A program made the position numbers and the translations under genes. A stretch of 64,000 bases of DNA from Synechococcus sp. (GTDB taxonomy: Bacteria > Cyanobacteriota > Cyanobacteriia > Thermostichales > PCC-7336), in the NCBI GenBank assembly GCA_051439605.1, contig JBFRWN010000046.1:1-64000 (forward strand), in the 5' to 3' direction. This document shows, piece after piece, positions 1 to 8,183 of the stretch (position 1 is the first letter of the stretch; each line of letters opens with the position of its first letter). The notes under the pieces are model-generated. The model made no database searches. It saw nothing but the letters and a program-made list of their open reading frames with translations, and was not told the origin of the DNA.

Positions 1-9
1 GCTTAGAGG

Positions 10-156
10 ATGAGTATCAGTTATAAAGAATCTCGTTTCCCCAGCGAGATCGTCTTCTACTGCGTCTGGCTGAATTACACCTTTCCTCTGAGCTCCAGAG
101 ATATTGAGAAGATGATGCTCTTTGTTGGAATTGAACCAGTATTTAAACTAAGTTGA
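10..156 (+). mobile_element. IS6-family transposase N-terminal remnant (pseudogene)
   Basis: Manual translation MSISYKESRFPSEIVFYCVWLNYTFPLSSRDIEKMMLFVGIE resembles the IS6 N-terminus (RFP.EII..CVWLY..FPLS.RD.E.MM..RGI). It stops after 48 codons and has no DDE core. Confidence 0.75.
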
Positions 157-165
157 CACATTCTA

Positions 166-1068
166 TTATGCTCTTACAGTTGTCCCCCGATCGCCAGATA
201 AAATAGCTGCTGCATCTTGTAAATTCCCAATCCCCGCCATACCTCCAGTAGCCTCAACAAAGTGACAAGCTGCATCTACCTTAGGTTGCATTGAACCCGA
301 AGCAAAATGACAGAGGCTTAACATCTGAGGAGTGGTCGCGGGGATAGGATGTGCTTCAGGAGTACCCCAGTTATGGTAAACAGCATCTACATCCGTCAAT
401 AGTAATAAAGCATCGGCTTGTAGCTCTGTTGCCAGTAATGTGGTTGCAAAATCTTTATCAATAACGGCTTCAATCCCACAAATACTTCCCGCTGGAGTAA
501 CGACAACAGGTATGCCCCCCCCACCAGCACAGATGACTAATGCTCCCACTTCCACTAATAACCGAATGGTCGGCAATTCTATGATTCGCTTGGGCTTGGG
601 AGAGGGAACAACACGACGATAAACATTGCCATCGGGGGCAACCGCCCAACCTCTTTCTAGGGCTAACTGTTTAGCCTCTAACTCTGAGTAAACCGCACCG
701 ATAGGTTTAGAGGGTCTAGCAAAAGCCGGATCGCTTGGGTCTACTTCGACCTGGGTGAGGAGAGTGACGATGGGCAGTTCAGGTAGTTGATTGCGGAGTT
801 CTTGCTCGATTAAGTAACCGATCGCACCTTCTGTCTCTGCATCTAGAACATCTAGGGGATAGGGTTTGACTTGCTTGTAGGCTTCGGCTTGCATTGCCAG
901 AAGTCCTACCTGGGGTCCGTTCCCGTGAGTAACTATTACCCGGTGTTCTCTAGCAACTTCAGCGATGGCTTTGGTTGCCAGCTTAATATTTTGTCGCTGT
1001 ATTTCTACTTCTGGAGGTTGACCTCGCCTAACTAGGGCATTACCTCCCAAGGCAATAACTACTAGCAC
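166..1068 (-). CDS. arcC: Carbamate kinase
   Basis: Motifs ALGGNAL, THGNGPQVG, PSKPIG, RRVVPSP, GGGGIPV, EAVIDKD and GSMQPKV. Confidence 0.95.
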   Translation of the reverse strand: MLVVIALGGNALVRRGQPPEVEIQRQNIKLATKAIAEVAREHRVIVTHGNGPQVGLLAMQAEAYKQVKPYPLDVLDAETEGAIGYLIEQELRNQLPELPIVTLLTQVEVDPSDPAFARPSKPIGAVYSELEAKQLALERGWAVAPDGNVYRRVVPSPKPKRIIELPTIRLLVEVGALVICAGGGGIPVVVTPAGSICGIEAVIDKDFATTLLATELQADALLLLTDVDAVYHNWGTPEAHPIPATTPQMLSLCHFASGSMQPKVDAACHFVEATGGMAGIGNLQDAAAILSGDRGTTVRA

Positions 1069-1190
1069 AATCAGCTAATCCACGTTGAGCTTACATATCG
1101 ATCGGTTAGGAAACAAACTTCAAACCCATCTCCTATTTCCTCTATTTCCCCATCAGTCTCAACTGAGCAATTCATTGCTGAGCATCTTAT

Positions 1191-2540
1191 CTATTCTCCC
1201 AAATTGTTGCGGGCGAGAAATTGCTCGACCTGAGCCGAGAGACTAGGCTTGCCAATCTCAGCGAACTCGTAGCGGGCACGGACTAATGGCTTGTTAAGTT
1301 TCATCAGGGAATTGAGATCGCTGGGCGTGGCTGCTACGACTACGTCAGCTTCGGCATTGTTAATCGTTTCTTCCAGGGCTTGCAGTTGGGCAGGGAAATA
1401 ACCCACCGCTGGCAGTATCGGCCCGATGTGAGGATAGCGGGTATAAACATCCGCGATTTCGGGAACGGCATAAGGCCTGGGATCGATAATTGCTGCCGCC
1501 TGAGCTCGAGTAGCAGCTACATAGCCAGCTCCATAGGGCATCCCGCCATGTGTGGTAGTGGGCCCATCTTCTACGACTAACACGCAGCGATCGCGCACTG
1601 CTTCTGGATCGTCCAATCGGATTGGCGAAGCTCCGCGAACGATCGCTGCTTGGGGATTAACCATCTTTACGGTATCGCTAACTCTCTGTACATCAGCATC
1701 AGCAGCCGCATCGACTTTAGCTACGATTGCAATGTCTGCCATCCGCAACACGACTTCTCCTGGGTGGTGAGTGATTTCATCTCCAGGACGCAAGGGATCG
1801 ACTAAGACAAGATGTAGATCGGGTTTGATGAAGGGAAAATCATTGTTACCACCGTCCCAGAGGATAATATCTGCTTCTTGTTCTGCTTGTTTGACAATCA
1901 ATCCATAATCGATTCCTGCATAGACTATGTTGCCGATCTCTAAATGAGGTTCGTATTCTTCCCGTTCCTCGATGGTACATTCGGCTGCATCTAAATCTGC
2001 TTTGCTGGCAAACCGTTGTGCTATTTGCTTCTCCAAATCTCCATAAGGCATGGGATGACGGATAATCGCGACTCGCAAACCTTTCTGCCGCAGTAGCTTA
2101 GAGAGCCATCGGGTCGTTTGAGACTTGCCGCAACCCGTTCTGACCGCAGAAACAGCAATCACGGGTACTTGGGCAACCAGCATGGTTCGCTCGGGACCTA
2201 AGAGTAGGAAATCTGCACCTGCTACCATTGCCCGCGATGCTAAGTGCATCACTTCAGCGTGAGTCAGATCGCTGTAGGCAAACACCACACAATCGATTTG
2301 CTCTCGACGACAAAGAGATTCTAATTCTGTTTCGTCAACGATTGAAATCCCTTCAGGATAAAGAGAACCCGCTAGTTTAGCTGGGTAGCGACGGTTCGCA
2401 ATGCCCGAAATTTGCGCGGCAGTAAACGCCACTACTTTCACTTCTCGGTTATGGCGGTAGACCTGATTAAAATTATGAAAATCTCGACCTGCCGCCCCCA
2501 TAATGAGGATTCTAGTAGGAGATCGCTGTTGAGCCTCCAT
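1191..2540 (-). CDS. arcE: cDPG synthetase-like P-loop protein (COG2403), probable arginine synthetase
   Basis: Motifs GAAGRDFHNFN, P-loop VRTGCGKSQT, RHPMPYGDL, TIEEREEYEPH, WDGGNND and EDGPTTTHGGM. Lies immediately upstream of carbamate kinase. Confidence 0.8.
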   Translation of the reverse strand: MEAQQRSPTRILIMGAAGRDFHNFNQVYRHNREVKVVAFTAAQISGIANRRYPAKLAGSLYPEGISIVDETELESLCRREQIDCVVFAYSDLTHAEVMHLASRAMVAGADFLLLGPERTMLVAQVPVIAVSAVRTGCGKSQTTRWLSKLLRQKGLRVAIIRHPMPYGDLEKQIAQRFASKADLDAAECTIEEREEYEPHLEIGNIVYAGIDYGLIVKQAEQEADIILWDGGNNDFPFIKPDLHLVLVDPLRPGDEITHHPGEVVLRMADIAIVAKVDAAADADVQRVSDTVKMVNPQAAIVRGASPIRLDDPEAVRDRCVLVVEDGPTTTHGGMPYGAGYVAATRAQAAAIIDPRPYAVPEIADVYTRYPHIGPILPAVGYFPAQLQALEETINNAEADVVVAATPSDLNSLMKLNKPLVRARYEFAEIGKPSLSAQVEQFLARNNLGE

Positions 2541-2611
2541 GAAATGAGTCCTAATATCAAATCTCTAGAGGAAGCGTAATCGATCTGCTCGTCTATCGAT
2601 CCCCCATCCCT

Positions 2612-3634
2612 TCAAACCGTTTCTTTCTTGGGCGACCAATAAGGATGGAAGGTTTGCAACGTCTTCACGTACTGCACCCGCTCGAATTGGCTGGGGTTGG
2701 GGCAATTGAGTTGGCTCATGGTACCCCGCAATTGCGTCACAGATTCGTATTCGCGCTCAACTAGCCAATCCCTCAGCTCCCGCTCGATAACGCCCAGATA
2801 ATCAACCCCGTGGCGAAGCAGGGCACTCACGACGGTGGTGACAGTTGCCCCAGCCATCAGCAATCGCACTACGTCTTGGGCATTGTGGATTCCGCTGGTG
2901 GCGGCCAGATCGGCGGTAATGCGTCCGTATAGAATCGCGATCCAGTGCATTGGCAATCGTAGTTCCTGAGGAGAACTGAGTAAGAGACTGGGGCGAACTT
3001 CCAATGCCTCGATATCAATGTCGGGTTGGTAGAAGCGATTGAAGAGAACTAAGGCGTCGGCTCCAGCTTCGGTTAGCTGTTTGGCCATATGGGCCGTACT
3101 GCTGAAAAAAGGACTGAGTTTGACTGCCAGGGGCAAAGAGACCCGAGCTTTAACCCGTCGCACCACCTCCAAGTACTGCGCTTCCACCTCTGCTCCAGAG
3201 CAATTAAAGTCGATGGGCATCCGGTAAAGATTCAGTTCCAGAGCATCGGCCCCCGCCTCTTCGATGCTACTGGCGTAGTCCACCCATCCTCCGAGGGAGG
3301 AACCGTTCAGACTGGCGATAATCGGAATGTGGAGGGCTGCTTTCGCTTGTTGGATGTGCTTCAGGTAGAGTTCGGCTCCGACTGGGAACACCTCAGGTTC
3401 CGGGAAGTAAGTGATGGCTTCAGCAAAGCTGTGGGTGCCATATTCTAGGTGGTGATGCAGTTCTAAAGCATCCTGGCGAATTTGCTCCTCGAAGATCGAG
3501 TGCAGGACGATCGCCGCCGCCCCCGCATCTTCAAGCCGCTTGAGAGTATCGAGATCTTCGCTCAGGGGGGCAGCAGCCCCGACCACGAGGGGCGATCGCA
3601 GATTCAATCCGAGGAAGGTTGTGGTTAAGTCCAT
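2612..3634 (-). CDS. Dihydroorotate dehydrogenase-like FMN protein (nifJ-associated type)
   Basis: Motifs PIIASLNG, ADALELN, VKLSP, LFNRFYQPDID and AATSGIH. Starts 2 bp after the nifJ stop. Confidence 0.88.
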   Translation of the reverse strand: MDLTTTFLGLNLRSPLVVGAAAPLSEDLDTLKRLEDAGAAAIVLHSIFEEQIRQDALELHHHLEYGTHSFAEAITYFPEPEVFPVGAELYLKHIQQAKAALHIPIIASLNGSSLGGWVDYASSIEEAGADALELNLYRMPIDFNCSGAEVEAQYLEVVRRVKARVSLPLAVKLSPFFSSTAHMAKQLTEAGADALVLFNRFYQPDIDIEALEVRPSLLLSSPQELRLPMHWIAILYGRITADLAATSGIHNAQDVVRLLMAGATVTTVVSALLRHGVDYLGVIERELRDWLVEREYESVTQLRGTMSQLNCPNPSQFERVQYVKTLQTFHPYWSPKKETV

Positions 3635-3636
3635 TG

Positions 3637-6600
3637 CTACGCCTCCGGGCTAGTGGATGGGGTCGGTCGGTCGGCCAGATATCGATACATCTGCCAGCGG
3701 GCATCGACATCCGCTTGGGCTTCATCCAGCAGCTGTTTGGCGGCGGCAGGATTACTGCGGGCCAGCATCTTGAAGCGGTTTTCGCTATAAAGAGCTGCTT
3801 CAACAGGGAGTTTGGGGGAGCGGGAATCGAGTATCAGCGGATTATCACCCCGTTCTGTCCGGCGAGGATCGTAGCGGTAGAGCAACCAGCGACCGGATTC
3901 CACAGCCGCCTTATGCTGTTGCATGCCCTTTTGCATATCGATCCCGTGGGCAATGCAGTGGGAGTAGGCCACGATCAGCGAGGGGCCATCGTAGGATTCT
4001 GCCTCCAGAAACGCTCGCAGCGTATGCTCGTCCCTGGCCCCCATGGCAACGCTGGCCACGTAGATATTGCCGTAAGTCATGGCCATCAACCCCAGGTCTT
4101 TTTTAGGGGAGGGTTTTCCACCAGCAGCAAATTTAGCCACCGCCCCTTTGGGTGTGGACTTGGACATTTGGCCGCCCGTGTTGGAATAGACCTCGGTGTC
4201 CAGCACCAAGACGTTCACATTGCTGCCGCTAGCCAGGACGTGATCGAGGCCGCCGTAGCCAATATCGTAGGCCCAACCGTCTCCACCGATAATCCACACG
4301 CTCTTTTTCACTAGATAGTCGGCGAGGGACTGCAGTCGATGCAGTTTTTCGCTCAGTTCGGTGGACAAATCGGGGCGATTGCTCCATTCCGCCAGATAGC
4401 CCGTCAGCCGGGCCACCCGTCCCCGCTGCTCGACAATTTCAGCTTCGTCAATTTGTTGGGCGTCCAGCAGAGCGGAGGTAAGGTCGGCAGGGATTGGGGA
4501 ACCGGTTCGACTGGTTAAATCATTCAACAGAACGATCGCCTGCTCGATATGCCGATCGAGTGCAATGCGGAAGCCCAGCCCAAATTCGGCGTTATCTTCA
4601 AACAGCGAATTGGACCAGGCTGGTCCCCGTCCGTCGTCGTTGGGGCTCCAGGGGGTGGTGGGCAGATTGCCGCCGTAAATCGACGAACAACCCGTGGCAT
4701 TTGCCACCAACATGCGATCGCCAAACAGCTGGGTAGCCAGTTTGATGTAGGGGGTTTCGCCACAACCCGCACAGGCCCCCGAGAACTCAAAGAGCGGTTC
4801 CTGCATTTGCTGCTGGCCGATCTTGTGCAAGTTGAGCTGAGAGCGATCGGGGTTAGGTAGATTCAGGAAGAAGTCCCAGTTCTGGCGCTCTTGCTCTCGT
4901 AGAGGCAGTTGCGGTTCCATGTTAATAGCTTTGCGTCGAGGTTCCAGCTTGTTTTTCACCGGACAGATATCGACGCAGATGCCGCAACCGGTGCAGTCCT
5001 CCGCCGCCACCTGAAGGGTGAACTTGAGATCGTGCCAGCTACTATCCCTGGCGTTCGTGCTCTTAAACGCCGAAGGGGCATTCTCCAGTCGATCGGAGGT
5101 GTAGACCTTGGAGCGAATGACACCGTGGGGGCAGACCATGACGCACTTGCCGCATTGCACGCAGACATCCGGATCCCATGCCGGAATCTCGGCGGCAATG
5201 TTGCGTTTCTCCCATTTGGAGGTACCCGTTGGGTAGGTACCATCCGCTGGCAAAACACTGACAGGTAAGTCATCTCCATGCCGTGCCATCATTACTCCCA
5301 GTACGTCGCGCACAAACGCTGGAGCACTTTCAGGCACGGGATTGAGGTCAGCGGTGGCCGAAATCCTGGGCGCTGCAACCTCAACTGCAGCCAGTTCCTG
5401 CACGGGGACTTCGTAGAGCCGATCGAGGGTGCGATCCACGGCGGCAAGGTTCATCTTCACGACTGCTTCCCCTTTTTTGCCGTAGGTCTTGCGGATGGAG
5501 TTTTGGATTTGGGAAATCGCCTCCTCTTTGGGCAGAACACCAGCCAAACTGAAGAAGCAGGTCTGCATGACAGTATTGATGCGTCCCTTCATGCCCGCCT
5601 CGCGGGCCACCCCGGATCCGTCGATGACATAGAACCGCAGCTGTTTGTCCAACACGATCTCCCGCAGTTGAGCCGGAAGACGCCGCCAAGTTTCCTCTGG
5701 GCTGAAGGGGCTGTTCAACAGGAAGGTCCCACCCGGCTTGGCTGCTGCCAGAATCTCGTACTTGTCGACAAATTCCCACTGGTGGCAGGCTACGAAGTTA
5801 GCCTGCTGTACTAAGTAGGTGGAGCGAATGGGGTCCGGTCCAAAGCGCAGGTGGGAGACGGTCACCGACCCAGATTTCTTCGAATCGTAGACAAAATAGC
5901 CCTGAGCGTAGTTGTCTGTTTCCTCACCGATGATTTTGATGGAGTTTTTGTTGGCCCCCACCGTGCCGTCAGACCCCAACCCGTAAAAAACAGCTCGCAC
6001 TTCTGTCTCCGGTTCAATGGTGAAATCGGGCTCGACGGTGAGGGAGGTATGGGTGACGTCGTCCGTAATGCCGACGGTGAAGTGATTTTTGGGCGTGTCT
6101 GCTGCCAGATTGTCAAATACCGCCTTCGCCATAGCGGGGGTAAATTCCTTGGACGACAGTCCGTAACGACCCCCTATCGCGCGAACTTGTTTGCGGCCGG
6201 TTTCCACCAGGGTCTGGACAACATCTTGATAGAGCGGTTCCCCCAGACTCCCCGGTTCCTTTGTGCGATCCAGAACGGCGATCGCGGTTACCGAATCTGG
6301 CAAGGCGGCCACAAAAGCCTCTGCATTCCAGGGGCGATAGAGGCGCACTTTTACGACTCCCACCTTCTCCCCTTGGGCGATCAAATAATTCACAGTTTCG
6401 TGCATCGTCTCGCAGCCCGATCCCATCAGGATAGCGACGCGTTCGGCTTGGGGATGACCGTGGTAGTCAAACAGGTGGTAAGCGCGACCGGTCAAGCTAG
6501 CAAAATCGTCCATAGCCCGCTGCACGATGCCTGGACAAGCGGAATAAAAGGGATTCACCGTTTCCCGGGCTTGGAAGAACACGTCCGGGTTTTGAGCAGT

Positions 6601-7254
6601 GCCGCGAACGACGGGGCGATCGGGGGTGAGGGCTCGCTGGCGGTGGGCCAGGATAGGTGCCAGGTCCATCAGCGATCGAAGGTCATCATCGCCAAGCAGT
6701 TCCACTTTTTGTACTTCGTGGGAGGTGCGAAATCCGTCAAAGAAGTGCAGGAAAGGAATGCGGGATTCGAAGGTCGCACGGGTGGCGATCGCGGCGAAAT
6801 CTTGGGCTTCTTGTACCGAGGCTGAACAGAGGAGGGCGCAACCTGTCGTACGCGTGGCCATTACATCGCTGTGATCCCCAAAGATAGACAGGGCTTGGGC
6901 GGCCACCGAGCGGGCCGCGATATGGATGGCCATCGGCGTCAGTTCCCCAGCAATTTTGTATAGATTGGGGATCATCAACAGCAGCCCTTGGGAAGCTGTA
7001 AAAGTGGTGGTCACTGCTCCCGCTTGCAGCGACCCGTGCAACGCGCCCGAGACACCTGCCTCGCTCTGGAGTTGAACAATCTGGGGAACGATTCCCCAAA
7101 GGTTGGTGCGTTGCGCCGCGGACCAGGCATCGGCCCATTCCGCCATGGGGGAGGATGGGGTGATGGGGTAGATGGCAATGACTTCATTCAGACGGTAGGC
7201 GACGCGCGCCACGGCCTCGTTGCCATCAACGGTTGCAAAGGTGGGGGTTCTCAT
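3637..7254 (-). CDS. nifJ: Pyruvate:ferredoxin/flavodoxin oxidoreductase
   Basis: Motifs DGNEA, YPITPSS, FTASQGLLLM, two ferredoxin motifs (CVQCGKCVMVCP, CTGCGICVDICP), GACAGCGE and ThDP-binding GGDGWAYDIG; 1205 aa. Confidence 0.97.
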   Translation of the reverse strand: MRTPTFATVDGNEAVARVAYRLNEVIAIYPITPSSPMAEWADAWSAAQRTNLWGIVPQIVQLQSEAGVSGALHGSLQAGAVTTTFTASQGLLLMIPNLYKIAGELTPMAIHIAARSVAAQALSIFGDHSDVMATRTTGCALLCSASVQEAQDFAAIATRATFESRIPFLHFFDGFRTSHEVQKVELLGDDDLRSLMDLAPILAHRQRALTPDRPVVRGTAQNPDVFFQARETVNPFYSACPGIVQRAMDDFASLTGRAYHLFDYHGHPQAERVAILMGSGCETMHETVNYLIAQGEKVGVVKVRLYRPWNAEAFVAALPDSVTAIAVLDRTKEPGSLGEPLYQDVVQTLVETGRKQVRAIGGRYGLSSKEFTPAMAKAVFDNLAADTPKNHFTVGITDDVTHTSLTVEPDFTIEPETEVRAVFYGLGSDGTVGANKNSIKIIGEETDNYAQGYFVYDSKKSGSVTVSHLRFGPDPIRSTYLVQQANFVACHQWEFVDKYEILAAAKPGGTFLLNSPFSPEETWRRLPAQLREIVLDKQLRFYVIDGSGVAREAGMKGRINTVMQTCFFSLAGVLPKEEAISQIQNSIRKTYGKKGEAVVKMNLAAVDRTLDRLYEVPVQELAAVEVAAPRISATADLNPVPESAPAFVRDVLGVMMARHGDDLPVSVLPADGTYPTGTSKWEKRNIAAEIPAWDPDVCVQCGKCVMVCPHGVIRSKVYTSDRLENAPSAFKSTNARDSSWHDLKFTLQVAAEDCTGCGICVDICPVKNKLEPRRKAINMEPQLPLREQERQNWDFFLNLPNPDRSQLNLHKIGQQQMQEPLFEFSGACAGCGETPYIKLATQLFGDRMLVANATGCSSIYGGNLPTTPWSPNDDGRGPAWSNSLFEDNAEFGLGFRIALDRHIEQAIVLLNDLTSRTGSPIPADLTSALLDAQQIDEAEIVEQRGRVARLTGYLAEWSNRPDLSTELSEKLHRLQSLADYLVKKSVWIIGGDGWAYDIGYGGLDHVLASGSNVNVLVLDTEVYSNTGGQMSKSTPKGAVAKFAAGGKPSPKKDLGLMAMTYGNIYVASVAMGARDEHTLRAFLEAESYDGPSLIVAYSHCIAHGIDMQKGMQQHKAAVESGRWLLYRYDPRRTERGDNPLILDSRSPKLPVEAALYSENRFKMLARSNPAAAKQLLDEAQADVDARWQMYRYLADRPTPSTSPEA

Positions 7255-7542
7255 GGCGCCGTTACTCCCATGTAGTTCAAGTTTTCTATGATTCCTTTCG
7301 GACTGCTGTCACATTCAAAATGCTGTTCGAAAAGCCAGGATGGACAATGACATAAACGTCTGAAATCGGTATTACATTACTTTTTCCGGCGTTCCTGTAA
7401 ATTAATTGCGATGGAAGCGATCGAATTAGACTTCTTGCATCATTCCTTTTGAGAAGCAAAACTAACCAGCAAGTTAGCCCAACCCTTCTCTCTAATACTC
7501 ATAATTTCAACAATTTTCACCAACCTAGGATCGTGGCAGAAA

Positions 7543-7556
7543 GTATCTATTAATAC
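7543..7556. promoter_or_regulatory. Putative NtcA box GTA-N8-TAC upstream of nifJ
   Basis: GTATCTATTAATAC in an AT-rich intergenic region about 290 bp upstream of the nifJ start. No -10 element at class-II spacing. Confidence 0.35.
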
Positions 7557-7829
7557 GAATAAGCCTATTTTTCAAGCGGTTTATGAACGTAAAGTCGGCA
7601 TTTTTTAATATCCTCTTCTAAGAGTAAAGGGAAGATGCAGCACATATACGAGTTGAGGATACTGGCCGAGAAAGTTGTCGTCGCCTCTCAAGGAGTGCCG
7701 CAGTGTGATACTGTCAAAATTTACGACTTCAAACCTCCAAAGCTGATTTTATACTTAGGCTTACATCGCTCCAAACAAATTTCATTTTTGGAAAAGATTC
7801 AGAACTCGTTTCTATCTGAACGATCCAAG

Positions 7830-7864
7830 TTGAATCAACTACCCTGCCGCTTGCGGCGGGGTAG
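7830..7864 (-). repeat. GC-rich hairpin resembling an IS200/IS605 end or REP element
   Basis: CTACCCTGCCGC-TT-GCGGCGGGGTAG is a 12-bp stem with one G-T pair. On the minus strand it is followed by TTGATTCAA. Confidence 0.45.
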
Positions 7865-8183
7865 CTCATTAGCGATCCATCCCCCGAAACTCTGAATACG
7901 ATTGCACTGAATCTCGAATCGATCGGCCATACCTGCTACCCGCAGTGGGGAGAGCCCTTTAGCGACGAAGGAGGGGTGGGTCATTATCTCAACTGCGAGC
8001 GGTCAACCCCTGCCTCGCTGTTACGCTCGCAGGGCAAATTCAACTTGCAGCCCTTGCTCGGTGTGCTGCAAGACTCTCGTACACCCATCCTGAATGTCAG
8101 CCTCGCCCTTCCCTTCCCCTCTTCATGGCTGCCAGACAAAGAAAGGAGATATTTTGTTGCTTCAACAAGGGTGAATGAGGATC

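Noticed and set aside
3619..7275. Long plus-strand ORFs (e.g. 5851-6825, 3619-4314)
   Set aside because: Antisense shadows of the GC-rich nifJ gene with no recognisable motifs.
7635..7895. 86-aa ORF as an IS200 TnpA remnant
   Set aside because: No HUH motif and only a vague resemblance to the TnpA C-terminus.
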